Positions 47,238 to 56,659 of a stretch of 64,000 nt of DNA are shown here, one piece after another. Location of the stretch: assembly GCA_944387625.1 (NCBI GenBank), contig CALXFQ010000001.1, positions 5,605 to 69,604 of the forward strand, read 5' to 3'. The notes below the pieces were generated by a model, which was not told the DNA's origin, ran no database searches, and was given only the letters and a program-made list of their open reading frames with translations. Source of the stretch: an uncultured Oscillospiraceae bacterium (GTDB lineage Bacteria > Bacillota > Clostridia > Oscillospirales > Oscillospiraceae). Made by a program: the position numbers and the translations under genes. Numbering within the stretch: the first letter of the stretch is position 1; each line of letters begins with the position of its first letter.

Positions 47238-48109
47238 AGACGTTTTCGACCTTATACTTAGACGCCCGGCGGGAGTTTCTGAAGACCGAGGACCCGGACA
47301 CCGCCAGCCGGCTGGCCCGGGACCTGCTGTGCTTCGTTTCCGGCAAGTCCAAGGAGCAGGTGCTGACGGACCGGGAGAAATACGCCTGTGAGGATGTGTG
47401 CCAGACCATGGAGGACGCCGTCCGGCGGATCGTGGCCGGGGAGCCTCTGGCCTATGTGCTGGGGGAGTGGGAGTTCTATGGGCTGAAAATGTATGTGGAC
47501 AGGAACGTGCTGATCCCCCGGGACGACACCTGCGCCGTCACCGCGCTGGCGGTGAAGCGGGGGCTGTTCCTGGACCAGGATCCCCGGATCTTGGACCTGT
47601 GTACCGGCTCAGGATGCATCGGCATCGCCGTAGCCAGCCGGGTCAAAGACGCCAAGGTCACCCTGGCGGACGTGTCCCGGGAGGCCCTGGCGGTGGCCCG
47701 GAAGAACATCGCCCTCCACAAGCTCTCCGGCCGGGTCAGCTGCGTCCAGGCGGACGCCCTGGCGGCCCCCTCGGCTTTTCTGGGCAAGTTCGACATGATC
47801 GTGTCCAATCCCCCCTATGTGACGGCGGAGGAGATGGAGGCCCTGCCGGAGAGCGTGAAGAATTATGAGCCGCACCTGGCCCTCTACGGCGGCCGGGATG
47901 GTCTGGACTTCTACCGGGCCATCGCCAAGAACTACGCCCAGGCCCTCAAGCCCGGCGGGTTCCTCTGCCTGGAGTTCGGCATGGGCCAGGGGGACGATGT
48001 GTGCAAGATCTTAGAAAGCAATGGGTATACCATCCTGGAGCGTTCCAGAGATTATAACGACAGAGAACGGGCCGTGCTGGCACAGTACGGCAGGAAGGAA
48101 GAAGCATAA
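47231..48109 (+). CDS. prmC: release factor glutamine N5-methyltransferase PrmC
   Basis: It shows [11 protein letters not shown] and the NPPYV motif. Confidence 0.9.
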   Translation: MVKTFSTLYLDARREFLKTEDPDTASRLARDLLCFVSGKSKEQVLTDREKYACEDVCQTMEDAVRRIVAGEPLAYVLGEWEFYGLKMYVDRNVLIPRDDTCAVTALAVKRGLFLDQDPRILDLCTGSGCIGIAVASRVKDAKVTLADVSREALAVARKNIALHKLSGRVSCVQADALAAPSAFLGKFDMIVSNPPYVTAEEMEALPESVKNYEPHLALYGGRDGLDFYRAIAKNYAQALKPGGFLCLEFGMGQGDDVCKILESNGYTILERSRDYNDRERAVLAQYGRKEEA

Positions 48110-49212
48110 TGGCAACGAAAAAGACTGGTTACGAAGCCCCCGCCCCGGCCTCCGATAAGAAGAAGGCCCTCCAGACCGCGCTGGCCCAGATCGACAAGAG
48201 CTTCGGCAAAGGCACGGTGATGCGCCTGGGGGATAAGCCGGAGATGAACGTGGAGGCGGTGCCTACCGGCTCTCTGGCGCTGGACGCGGCGCTGGGCATC
48301 GGCGGCGTTCCCAGAGGCCGGATCATCGAGATCTACGGCCCTGAGTCCTCCGGCAAGACCACCCTGGCGCTGCACATCCTGGCGGAAGCCCAGAAGATGG
48401 GCGGCGAGGTGGCCTTCGTGGACGCGGAACACGCTCTGGACCCGGTATACGCCGCCGCTCTTGGGGTGAATACCGACGATCTGCTGGTGTCCCAGCCGGA
48501 CACCGGCGAGCAGGCCCTGGAGATCACCGACGCCCTGGTCCGCTCCGGCGCGATCGACGCGGTGGTGGTGGACTCGGTGGCGGCCCTGACCCCCCGGGCG
48601 GAGATCGAGGGAGAGATGGGCGATACCTTCGTGGGCCTCCAGGCCCGGCTCATGTCCCAGGCTCTGCGGAAGCTGGCGGGCAACATCGCCAAGACCAACT
48701 GCGTGGTGATCTTCATCAACCAGCTGCGTATGAAGATCGGCGTGATGTACGGCAACCCGGAGACCACCACCGGCGGCAACGCCCTGAAGTTCTACGCTTC
48801 CGTCCGGCTGGACGTGCGCCGGGTAGAGGCGATCAAAGAAGGCGGCAGCGTGATCGGCAACAAGACCCGGGTGAAGGTGGTCAAGAACAAGGTGGCGCCC
48901 CCCTTCCGGGAAGCCCACTTCGACATCTACTACGGCCAGGGCATCAACAAATGGAGCGAGCTGGTGGACCTGGCGGTCCAGCTGGACATCGTGCAAAAAA
49001 GCGGCAGCTGGTTCTCCATGGGAGAGGACCGGATCGGCCAGGGCAAGGACAGCGTGAAGGCCTACCTTCAGGCCAACCCCCAGATCGCCGAGCAGGTGGA
49101 GGCCCAGGTCCGGGCCAACCTGGGCAGGCTCATGGGCGGCGAGAACCGGCCGGCCCGGGCGGCCAGCCAGCCGGTGGCGGTGAGCGCCGACGATTTCAGC
49201 GATGAGGATTGA
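48109..49212 (+). CDS. recA: recombinase RecA
   Basis: It shows [12 protein letters not shown] and the [30 protein letters not shown] block. Confidence 0.97.
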   Translation: MATKKTGYEAPAPASDKKKALQTALAQIDKSFGKGTVMRLGDKPEMNVEAVPTGSLALDAALGIGGVPRGRIIEIYGPESSGKTTLALHILAEAQKMGGEVAFVDAEHALDPVYAAALGVNTDDLLVSQPDTGEQALEITDALVRSGAIDAVVVDSVAALTPRAEIEGEMGDTFVGLQARLMSQALRKLAGNIAKTNCVVIFINQLRMKIGVMYGNPETTTGGNALKFYASVRLDVRRVEAIKEGGSVIGNKTRVKVVKNKVAPPFREAHFDIYYGQGINKWSELVDLAVQLDIVQKSGSWFSMGEDRIGQGKDSVKAYLQANPQIAEQVEAQVRANLGRLMGGENRPARAASQPVAVSADDFSDED

Positions 49213-49831
49213 GCGTCTGGCCTCCAAGCCGGACCGGGCGGGCCGGTATCTGGTCCAATTTGAGGGCGGCCAGACCATGCGGCTCTACCGGCAGACGGTG
49301 GAGGACTTTGCCCTGTGCCCCGGTGAGGAGCTGGACGAGGAGCGGATGGGGCAGCTGCGGGAGGCCGCCGGGCAGATGTCTGCCAAGATGCGGGCGGTGC
49401 GGATCGTCACCGCCTCCAGCGTCACCAAGGACGATCTGCGCCAGCGCCTGATCCAAAAGGGGGAGGCCCCCCGCCAGGCGGAGGAGGCGGTGGCCTGGAT
49501 GGCAGAGCTTTCTCTGGTGGACGACCGGCAGACCGCCCGGCAGATCGTGGACCGCTGTGCCGCCAGGGGCTACGGCCTGGCCCGGGCCAAACAGGCCCTG
49601 TATGAAAAGCAGGTGCCGAAAGCGCTTTGGGCGGAGGTCCTGGCGGACTACCCGGACCAAAGCCCGGCGATCGAAGCGTTCCTGGCCCAGCGGCTGGGGC
49701 CGGATGCCGGGGAAAAAGACCGGAAGCGGGCGGTGGACGCTCTGCTGCGCCGGGGCCACAGCTACGGCCAGATCCGCCAGGCCCTGGAAAAGATAGACCT
49801 ACAAGGATATCCGGAGGGATATGATGGCTAA
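49202..49831 (+). CDS. recX: recombination regulator RecX
   Basis: It has helical-repeat protein composition and overlaps recA immediately downstream, which is the typical recA-recX pairing. Confidence 0.75.
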   Translation: MRIERLASKPDRAGRYLVQFEGGQTMRLYRQTVEDFALCPGEELDEERMGQLREAAGQMSAKMRAVRIVTASSVTKDDLRQRLIQKGEAPRQAEEAVAWMAELSLVDDRQTARQIVDRCAARGYGLARAKQALYEKQVPKALWAEVLADYPDQSPAIEAFLAQRLGPDAGEKDRKRAVDALLRRGHSYGQIRQALEKIDLQGYPEGYDG

Positions 49832-51158
49832 AATTGGTTTTATTTCTCTTGGCTGCGCCAAGAACCAGGTGGACTGCGAGCGGATGATGTATCGGGTCGG
49901 CGAGGCGGGCCATGAGGTCAGCGGCGGCATCGATGGATGCGACGTGGTGGTGATCAACACCTGCGGCTTCATCGACGCGGCCAAGTCTGAGGCGATCGAC
50001 CACATCTTGATGACCGCCCAATTGAAGGAAGCGGGGCGTGTGGGAAAGATCCTGGTCACCGGGTGCCTGTCCCAGCGCTACCAGGACCAGATCTTCCAGG
50101 AGCTGCCGGAGGTGGACGGGGTGCTTGGCACCGGCAGCTATACCCAGATCGTGCCCGCGATCGAGGCGCTGCTGGCGGACCATGGGGTGTCCGACTTCGG
50201 CTCGATCGACGCACCGGAGGAGGAAACAGGCCGGATCGTCACCACCCCCGAGCATTACGCCTATTTGAAGATCGCGGAAGGCTGCGACAATCGGTGCGCC
50301 TACTGCGTGATCCCCTCCCTGCGGGGCCGGTTCCGCAGCCGCCAGATGGACGATGTGCTCTACGAAGCCCGGCTCCTGGCGGACAGCGGGGTAAAGGAGC
50401 TGATCGTGGTGGCCCAGGATACCAGCCGCTACGGCACGGACCTGCCAGGCCATAAGCGGCTGCTGGCACCTCTGCTCCGGGCGCTGTGCCAGATCCAGGG
50501 CATCGAGTGGATACGGGTCCATTACCTGTACCCTGACGAGATCGACGACGAGCTGATCCGTACCATCGCCGAAGAGCCGAAGATCGTGAAGTATCTGGAT
50601 ATCCCGATCCAGCACTGCGACAGCAAGATCTTGAAGCGGATGAACCGGCGGGGGGACGGGGACTACTTAAAAGCCCTTTTCGCCAAGCTCCGGGCCCAGA
50701 TCCCCGGTCTGGTGCTGCGGACCAGCATCATCACCGGCCTGCCTGGGGAAGGGGCGGAGGAGTTCGAGGCGCTGTGCCGCTTCCTCCGGGAGCTGAAACT
50801 GGAGCGGGTGGGGGCGTTCCCCTTCTCCCCGGAGGAAGGCACCCCGGCGGCGGAAATGGACCATGTGGACAGCCAGACCGCCCAGGAGCGGGCGGCGGTG
50901 ATCGAGCAGCTCCAGTCCCGGATCATGGACGAATACAACGAGGCCATGATCGGCCGGGACCTGCGGGTGCTGGTGGATGGCTACGATGAAGAGTATGAGC
51001 AGTATTTTGGCAGGACCTGGGCCGACTCCCCGGAGATCGACGGCCGGGTGTGGATCGCCGGAAGCGAGCCGCTGTCCGAGGGCAGCTTCGTTACCGTGCG
51101 GATCGACAGCTTGGCGGATGGGGACCTGTCCGGGCATCTGGTGGAGGTAGCGCCGTGA
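49821..51158 (+). CDS. rimO: ribosomal protein S12 methylthiotransferase RimO
   Basis: It shows SLGCAKNQVD, the radical-SAM motif CDNRCAYC, and a TRAM C-terminus. Confidence 0.9.
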   Translation: MMAKIGFISLGCAKNQVDCERMMYRVGEAGHEVSGGIDGCDVVVINTCGFIDAAKSEAIDHILMTAQLKEAGRVGKILVTGCLSQRYQDQIFQELPEVDGVLGTGSYTQIVPAIEALLADHGVSDFGSIDAPEEETGRIVTTPEHYAYLKIAEGCDNRCAYCVIPSLRGRFRSRQMDDVLYEARLLADSGVKELIVVAQDTSRYGTDLPGHKRLLAPLLRALCQIQGIEWIRVHYLYPDEIDDELIRTIAEEPKIVKYLDIPIQHCDSKILKRMNRRGDGDYLKALFAKLRAQIPGLVLRTSIITGLPGEGAEEFEALCRFLRELKLERVGAFPFSPEEGTPAAEMDHVDSQTAQERAAVIEQLQSRIMDEYNEAMIGRDLRVLVDGYDEEYEQYFGRTWADSPEIDGRVWIAGSEPLSEGSFVTVRIDSLADGDLSGHLVEVAP

Positions 51159-51685
51159 CGTTAGCAACGAAGATCACGTTTATACGGGTGGCCCTGATCC
51201 CGGTGTATATGGTGGCCATGTACCTCAGCGGCGGCGAGAGCGGCCTTTGGATGTGGGTCGCCCTGGGGGTGTTCATCCTGGCCAGCGTCACCGATTTTGT
51301 GGATGGGAATATCGCCCGGAAATATCATCAGGTCAGCGACCTGGGCAAGTTTTTGGATCCGCTGGCGGATAAGCTGCTGACCATCGCCGCCATGGTGATG
51401 TTCTGCCGGTGGGGCCGGTTCCCCGGCTGGGCGCTGATGATCGTGCTGACCCGGGAGTTCGGCGTCACCGGCTTGCGGCTGGTGGCGGCGGGCAAGGGCA
51501 AGGTGATCGCCGCCGGCTGGAGCGGTAAGGTCAAGACCGCCAGCACCATGGTGGCCCTGTGCGTCCAGATGGCCTTCCCCACGGTGGAGTGGGTGGCCTG
51601 GGCCGTCACCGCGGTGATCACCGTGACCACCGTATGGTCCGGGGCGGAGTATTTCATCCAGAACCGAAACTGTCTGAAAGACTGA
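51155..51685 (+). CDS. pgsA: CDP-diacylglycerol--glycerol-3-phosphate 3-phosphatidyltransferase PgsA
   Basis: It has the CDP-alcohol phosphotransferase motif DFVDGNIARK...GKFLDPLADK. The GTG start forms a GTGA overlap with the rimO stop. Confidence 0.85.
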   Translation: MTLATKITFIRVALIPVYMVAMYLSGGESGLWMWVALGVFILASVTDFVDGNIARKYHQVSDLGKFLDPLADKLLTIAAMVMFCRWGRFPGWALMIVLTREFGVTGLRLVAAGKGKVIAAGWSGKVKTASTMVALCVQMAFPTVEWVAWAVTAVITVTTVWSGAEYFIQNRNCLKD

Positions 51686-51688
51686 AAC

Positions 51689-51711
51689 TGTGGGGCCGTC
51701 CAGGCCCCACA
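51689..51711 (+). terminator. possible weak terminator or stabiliser hairpin after pgsA
   Basis: The hairpin TGTGGGGCC-gtcca-GGCCCCACA has a 9-bp stem. It is followed by A6 and then TTT, so there is no proper U-tract. Confidence 0.3.
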
Positions 51712-51742
51712 AAAAATTTATGTGGCGGCAGGCCCCGGGGTG

Positions 51743-51751
51743 TGGTATAAT
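51743..51751 (+). promoter_or_regulatory. extended -10 promoter element, TGgTATAAT
   Basis: It sits 48 nt upstream of the DUF4317 start codon. No good -35 is present. Confidence 0.35.
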
Positions 51752-51798
51752 GGCCCGGCGGCCAGGCCGCGATCCTTTTTGAAAGACGAGGAAGAAGC

Positions 51799-52950
51799 AT
51801 GAACAATAAGGAGATCGGCGAGATCCGGCGGCGGGTCCGCCGGGATCGGAGCAATATGACGGCCATCTACGGCTGCTATGTCAACGACAACAAGGAGATC
51901 ATCACCCAGTTCCAGCGCAGCACCGGCATCATGCCGGAGAACGAGGCGGAGAAGTATTTCGGCCTGCTCAAGCGGAGCCTGTCCGGCACCATCGGCAAGA
52001 ACCTGATCGACATCACCTTCCGCACCGCCCAGGTGGCAAGCTCCGCCGAGCACAAGCTGCTCATGGACCTGCGCCAGACCCGGCTGAAGGAAGAGCAGCT
52101 GCGGATGGAATTTTACAAAAAGGTGATCGACACCGTGGACCTGCAAGGCAGCTACCTGATCTTGATCGGCTGCGACAGCTACGACGTGCCGTTCAAGTCC
52201 AAGGACGACCAGACCCAGGCCGACGCTTCCGGGGAGGTGTATCAGTATCTGCTGTGCGCCATCTGCCCGGTGAAGCAGACCAAGCCCGCCCTCCACTACA
52301 TCCCGGAGAGCAAGGAGTTCTGCGACGGCGGCATGATGAACGTGGTGTCCGCCCCGGAGCTGGGCTTCCTGTTCCCGGCCTTCGACGACCGGGCCACCAA
52401 TATCTACAACGCGCTGTACTACACCCGCAGCCCCAAGGAGAACCATGACCCCTTTGTGGAGGCGGTGTTCAACGTGCCGATCCCCAAGCCGGCGGAGGAG
52501 CAGAAGAAGACCTTCCAGGCCCTGCTCACCACCACCTTGGAGGACGATTGCAGCATGGACCTGGTCCAGACCGTCCACGACCGGATCTGCCAGCGGATCG
52601 AGCTGCACAAGGAGAGCCGGGTGCCGGAACCGCTGCTGGTGGGCAAGGAGGATGTGAAGGAGGCGCTGGCCGAGTGCGGCGTGTCCGAGGAGCATCTGGC
52701 CAAGTTCAGCGTGGACTACGACAGCGCCTTCGGCTTCGAGGCCCAGCTCCATCCCAAGAACATCATCGACGAGAAGAAGTTCCAGATCCAGACCCCGGAT
52801 GTGTCGATCAAGGTGGCCCCGAATCGGACAGACTTGATCGAAACAAGGGTGATCGGCGGGGTCAAGTACATCATGATCTGCGCCGAGGAGGACGTGGAGG
52901 TCAACGGCGTGAGCATCCACATCGCCGAGAAAGACACGGCGGCCGTATAA
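51799..52950 (+). CDS. DUF4317 family protein (uncharacterised, Firmicutes)
   Basis: This is a 383-aa soluble protein. The N-terminus MNNKEIGEIRRRVRRDRSNMTAIYGCYVN and its overall pattern match what I recall for DUF4317. A GAGGAAG RBS is present. Confidence 0.55.
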   Translation: MNNKEIGEIRRRVRRDRSNMTAIYGCYVNDNKEIITQFQRSTGIMPENEAEKYFGLLKRSLSGTIGKNLIDITFRTAQVASSAEHKLLMDLRQTRLKEEQLRMEFYKKVIDTVDLQGSYLILIGCDSYDVPFKSKDDQTQADASGEVYQYLLCAICPVKQTKPALHYIPESKEFCDGGMMNVVSAPELGFLFPAFDDRATNIYNALYYTRSPKENHDPFVEAVFNVPIPKPAEEQKKTFQALLTTTLEDDCSMDLVQTVHDRICQRIELHKESRVPEPLLVGKEDVKEALAECGVSEEHLAKFSVDYDSAFGFEAQLHPKNIIDEKKFQIQTPDVSIKVAPNRTDLIETRVIGGVKYIMICAEEDVEVNGVSIHIAEKDTAAV

Positions 52951-53012
52951 AGACCTTGCGCCCGGCAGGAAAATAGAGTATAATGTCCCAAAAGACAAGG
53001 GGAGGAACGGCC

Positions 53013-53567
53013 ATGAAACTGGGCAGTAAACGTTATCGTACAGATCTGGAGGGCAGAGGGACCGGCCTTTGTGCCTGCTTCATGGGCATGGCCTTTTTCC
53101 TGCGGTGTGCGTACTACTTCGGCTTTACCAGGACGGAAGAGGTGGGGGCGCTGGAGCTGATCTTCATGCTGGTGCTGCCCATGGCCCTGGAGGGGGCGTT
53201 CATGGTGCTGCTCAAGGGCGTCAGGATGGATGCCCCCGGGCTTTACGGCATCCTGGCCGTAGGCGGCTGTCTGCTGCTGATCTTCCAGTGCTTCCTGTAT
53301 GAGAGCATCCTGCGGATGGTGGTGGAGATCTTGATCTACCTGGTGTGCGGCGGACTGATGCTGGGGGTCAGCGCCGGGTATCTGAGCAAGGAGCTTGCCA
53401 TGACCGCCTTTTTCACCACCGCGGCGGTGCGCTTCCTGATGATCCTCAAGCCCTACATCCTGTCACTGCGGCTGGTGGCCCTTCTGCCGGAGGCGGCGGG
53501 GCTTTGCGTGGTGCTGGGCCTGGGCTGTCTTGCCTGGGGCTTCCAGCTTCAAAAGAAGAAAGCATGA
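53013..53567 (+). CDS. hypothetical integral membrane protein (about 5-6 TM)
   Basis: It is hydrophobic throughout. I prefer ATG 53013, which has an AAGGGGAGG RBS. I recognise no family for it. Confidence 0.5.
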   Translation: MKLGSKRYRTDLEGRGTGLCACFMGMAFFLRCAYYFGFTRTEEVGALELIFMLVLPMALEGAFMVLLKGVRMDAPGLYGILAVGGCLLLIFQCFLYESILRMVVEILIYLVCGGLMLGVSAGYLSKELAMTAFFTTAAVRFLMILKPYILSLRLVALLPEAAGLCVVLGLGCLAWGFQLQKKKA

Positions 53568-53568
53568 C

Positions 53569-53601
53569 AAATGCTCCTGTGGATCTTCCACAGGAGCATT
53601 T
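53569..53601. terminator. bidirectional terminator hairpin between convergent genes
   Basis: AAATGCTCCTGTGG-atctt-CCACAGGAGCATTT has a 14-bp stem and A/T runs on both flanks. Confidence 0.7.
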
Positions 53602-53614
53602 CACAACAGGGACT

Positions 53615-54223
53615 TTATTCCGGGCGGGTGGCGGCGGCAACGATCAGGTCCACGCAGGTCTCCAGGCCCAGCTTGGCGCTGTTCAGACACAGGTGGTAGT
53701 TGAGGGCGTTGCCCCAGGTCCGGCCGGTGTAGTGCTGATAGTTCACCTTCCGGCGCTTATCCTTCTCCTGGAGCCGGGTCTCCGGGCTTTTCTCCGACTC
53801 GCCGTAGAGCCGAACGATCCGGTCCGCCCGGAAGTCCAGGTCCGCGTGGATGAACACATCCAGCACATCGCTGCGGTCTTTGAGGATGTAGTCGGCGTTC
53901 CGGCCCACGATCACACAGGGGCCTTCCTCTGCCAGCTGCATGATCACCGAGCACTGGATCGACCACAGAAAGTCGGCGGTGGACATACCGTTCATCACGC
54001 CGGGCACCGCCTGGTGGGCGAAGGCGTAGGCAAATCGGCTGGCGGAAGGGGAGTGCTCGCCGTTCTCCTCCACGAAGGTGGGGGCAAAGCCGGTCTTCAA
54101 GGCGATCTGGTCCACCAGCTCCTTGTCGTAAAAGGGGATGCCCAGACGCTGGGCCACCTCCCGGCCGATGGTCCGGCCGCCGCTGCCGAATTCCCGGCTG
54201 ATGGTGATGATCTTTGTAGCCAT
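53615..54223 (-). CDS. cytidylate kinase-like family protein (AAA/P-loop-like, function unclear)
   Basis: The protein starts MATKIITISREFGSGGRTIGREVAQRLGIPFYDKELV, the hallmark of that family. Confidence 0.75.
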   Translation of the reverse strand: MATKIITISREFGSGGRTIGREVAQRLGIPFYDKELVDQIALKTGFAPTFVEENGEHSPSASRFAYAFAHQAVPGVMNGMSTADFLWSIQCSVIMQLAEEGPCVIVGRNADYILKDRSDVLDVFIHADLDFRADRIVRLYGESEKSPETRLQEKDKRRKVNYQHYTGRTWGNALNYHLCLNSAKLGLETCVDLIVAAATRPE

Positions 54224-54255
54224 AGCGGATCCTCCCTTACATTTGGTCTAAAATC

Positions 54256-54284
54256 ATTATAGCTTTTTGAAGCCGGATCGTCAA
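54256..54284 (-). promoter_or_regulatory. sigma-A type promoter, TTGACG-17-TATAAT
   Basis: On the minus strand the hexamers are at 54284-54279 and 54261-54256. This gives the kinase-like gene its own promoter downstream of ribU. Confidence 0.6.
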
Positions 54285-54305
54285 TAATGTACAAAAGAAC
54301 TTTTT

Positions 54306-54953
54306 TTACAGCTTCCCCTGGAACACCAGCAGCAGCAAAACGCAGCTGATCAGCAGCGCCCCGGCGAAGAGGTAGACCCCCGCCTTGCCGGAGCCGGCGC
54401 GCTTGGCGGCCCCTTCCACCAGGCCGGTGCGCCGCAGGGCCGTGACCAGGGGTTTGTACAGGGCCAGGATGAAGGCGCTGTTCAGGCCCGCTTTCAGCGC
54501 GTTGAAGGGCAGGAACACCGGCACCAGCATGGCCGCCACCTGCCCCCGGTCCACCCCCATGTACAAGGGCGTGATCAGATAGTTCCACAGCAGCATGGTG
54601 CCGATCATGGCCGCGGAACCCAGGGCCAGACCGGCGATGGCGCCGCCCATGGTGTGGCGGCGCTTGTAGACGGCGGCCGCCACGCAGGCGAAGGCACAGC
54701 TCGACAGCAGGTTCATCACCGCCCCGATCCAGCCGGTGTCGCTGATCGTGACCATCTCCAGCAGGGAGACTACCAGGGAGATCAAAAAGGACGCCATTGG
54801 CCCGATCAGGAACCCGGCGATGGTGATCACCACGTCCTTCGGCTCATATTTCAGGAACATGACCACCGGGATCCGGATGGCATAGACCAGCACATAGGAT
54901 ACCGCCGCCAGCATGGCCAGCAGTACCATTCGCTTTACATTGGTGTTTTTCAT
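54306..54953 (-). CDS. ribU: ECF transporter S component for riboflavin (RibU)
   Basis: It is a 6-TM S-component-like protein, and an FMN riboswitch lies directly upstream. The ecfAAT module is at 5.2-7.8 kb in the same window. Confidence 0.8.
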   Translation of the reverse strand: MKNTNVKRMVLLAMLAAVSYVLVYAIRIPVVMFLKYEPKDVVITIAGFLIGPMASFLISLVVSLLEMVTISDTGWIGAVMNLLSSCAFACVAAAVYKRRHTMGGAIAGLALGSAAMIGTMLLWNYLITPLYMGVDRGQVAAMLVPVFLPFNALKAGLNSAFILALYKPLVTALRRTGLVEGAAKRAGSGKAGVYLFAGALLISCVLLLLVFQGKL

Positions 54954-54964
54954 GGTGTCCTCCT

Positions 54965-55135
54965 AAAAAAACGCCCTGAGCATAGACTCAGGGCGCAAAA
55001 ATGACGTACAAACACAGATCTTCTTCCATCCAGACTGTAACTGTCGGTCCCGGAGTCGCACCGGGTCGGCGCCTTTCGGCGTTCGCGGACTATACCGCCG
55101 GTGGGGAATCTCGCCCCGCCCTGAAGAGTTCTTCA
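54965..55135 (-). promoter_or_regulatory. FMN riboswitch (RFN element) with terminator expression platform
   Basis: The minus strand reads CUCUUCAGGGCGGGGCGAGAUUCCCCACCGGCGGUAUAGUCCGCGAAC...GACCCGGUGCGACUCCGGGACCGACAGUUACAGUCUGGAUGGAAGAAG, which matches the conserved RFN core. It is followed by the hairpin GCGCCCUGAG-ucuaug-CUCAGGGCG plus U7 (54965-54996). Confidence 0.9.
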
Positions 55136-55145
55136 CTTGTTCAAC

Positions 55146-55174
55146 ACCATATCAGATAAGGGCCGGGTTGTCAA
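55146..55174 (-). promoter_or_regulatory. sigma-A type promoter, TTGACA-17-TATGGT, driving the riboswitch and ribU
   Basis: On the minus strand the hexamers are at 55174-55169 and 55151-55146. Confidence 0.55.
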
Positions 55175-55195
55175 GGGGGTTCTTTTGTGGTACAC

Positions 55196-55666
55196 TCAAG
55201 AGGAGGACTGGGGCATCTTGAAGCCCCGGATCGCCCCCTTGGCGGAGGTGTCGGTGATATCTCCGCCGATCACCTGGTTCCGGCTGATCAGCAAGGTGGC
55301 GTATACCGGCTCGGTGGCGCCGGGATAGTTGTTGACCTGATAGACATAGCGCATCACCGTCTGTCCGGCGTATTCGCTCAGGTCGTAGCCCTGGGCCTTT
55401 TGAAGCGCGTTGTAGCGCTCAAAGATCTCGGTGCTCTCCGCCGGGATCCGCACCTGACTGGACTCCACCGGGGAGGTGGTCACCTGCCAGCCGAAGCTGG
55501 CCAGAAAATTCACCCGGTCATCGTTGTTCACCACGCTGGTGTCCGTAGACGTGGGAACGGTGTCGTCGCCGCCCAGCAGCCAGATCAGCCCGGCCACCAC
55601 CGCGACCACTGCCGCCAGGATGATGGCGATCTTCTTCTTATCGACCTTTGCGGTCATTACCAGCAT
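55196..55666 (-). CDS. DUF4830 family protein (N-terminal TM anchor)
   Basis: The protein reads MLVMTAKVDKKKIAIILAAVVAVVAGLIWLL...RVNFLASFGWQV...YDLSEYAGQTV. The real start is at 55666 with a GGAGGG RBS, and the rest of the 311-aa track ORF is spurious. Confidence 0.7.
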   Translation of the reverse strand: MLVMTAKVDKKKIAIILAAVVAVVAGLIWLLGGDDTVPTSTDTSVVNNDDRVNFLASFGWQVTTSPVESSQVRIPAESTEIFERYNALQKAQGYDLSEYAGQTVMRYVYQVNNYPGATEPVYATLLISRNQVIGGDITDTSAKGAIRGFKMPQSSS

Positions 55667-55736
55667 ATCGATCCCTCCAACGCTTTGATCGTTGTACAGC
55701 CTATGTTCGGCCATCGGGGGATAGAACGGAGGGACT

Positions 55737-56501
55737 ATGGAACGATTGGATAAATTTTTGTGCGACAGCGGCGCGGGGACCCGCTCCCAGGTCAAGCCCC
55801 TGGTGAAGGCAGGCCGGGTGACGGTGGACGGGGCCGTGGTGAAGGACCCGGCGGCCAAGGTCTGCCCGGAGAACCAAAGGATCTGTTTGGAGGGCCAGCC
55901 GCTGGGGGGCTGGCGGCGGCTGGTGGTGATGCTCAACAAGCCTGCCGGATACGTCACCGCCACCCGGGACGACCAGGACCCAACGGTGATGGACCTGCTT
56001 CCTCCGGCGCTGAAAGGGCTGGACCTGAAGCCTGTGGGCCGGCTGGACAAGGCTACCGAGGGCCTGCTCCTGCTGACCAACGACGGCGATCTGCTCCACA
56101 GCCTGATCAGCCCGAAAAAGCAGGTGCCCAAGGTCTACTATGCCCGCCATGAGGGCACCGCCACCGAAGAGGACGCGGCGGCCTTCCGTCAGGGACTGGT
56201 ACTGCGGGACGGCACGGTGTGTCTGCCGGCCCGGCTGGAGCCTTTGGGACCGGGGGAGAGCCAGATCACCGTGTGCGAAGGGAAATACCACCAGGTCCGG
56301 CGGATGATGGCCGCCCGGGGGATGCGGGTGACCTATCTGGAGCGGCGGCAGGAGGGGTCGCTGGCGCTGGGAGATCTGCTCCGGGGAGAGGCCCGATGCC
56401 TTTGTGTGGAGGAGATCCGATCGCTGGAGGAAGACACTGGCAAATTGTCAGGATCTGCGCCGCCTATTTTGGCAGGATGTGAACAGACATTGGGATATTA
56501 G
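55737..56501 (+). CDS. rRNA pseudouridine synthase (RsuA/RluB/RluF family)
   Basis: It has an S4 domain (MERLDKFL...) and the catalytic motif GRLDKATEGLLLLTNDG. Confidence 0.85.
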   Translation: MERLDKFLCDSGAGTRSQVKPLVKAGRVTVDGAVVKDPAAKVCPENQRICLEGQPLGGWRRLVVMLNKPAGYVTATRDDQDPTVMDLLPPALKGLDLKPVGRLDKATEGLLLLTNDGDLLHSLISPKKQVPKVYYARHEGTATEEDAAAFRQGLVLRDGTVCLPARLEPLGPGESQITVCEGKYHQVRRMMAARGMRVTYLERRQEGSLALGDLLRGEARCLCVEEIRSLEEDTGKLSGSAPPILAGCEQTLGY

Positions 56502-56544
56502 ATAAAAAATCGACCCCGATCTGCAGTAATTTGTCAAAAGGCAC

Positions 56545-56573
56545 TTGCAAAGTGTGCAAAAGTAATGTATACT
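56545..56573 (+). promoter_or_regulatory. sigma-A type promoter, TTGCAA-17-TATACT
   Basis: The hexamers are at 56545-56550 and 56568-56573. It is flanked by a direct repeat (see findings). Confidence 0.55.
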
Positions 56574-56659
56574 AAAAAGGTAATTTGTGAAGTTTGCATT
56601 TGTGCAGATCTGCGAACAACCGCCAAGAATGCTTTTTACTTTTCAAGGAGGTCCAGGAA

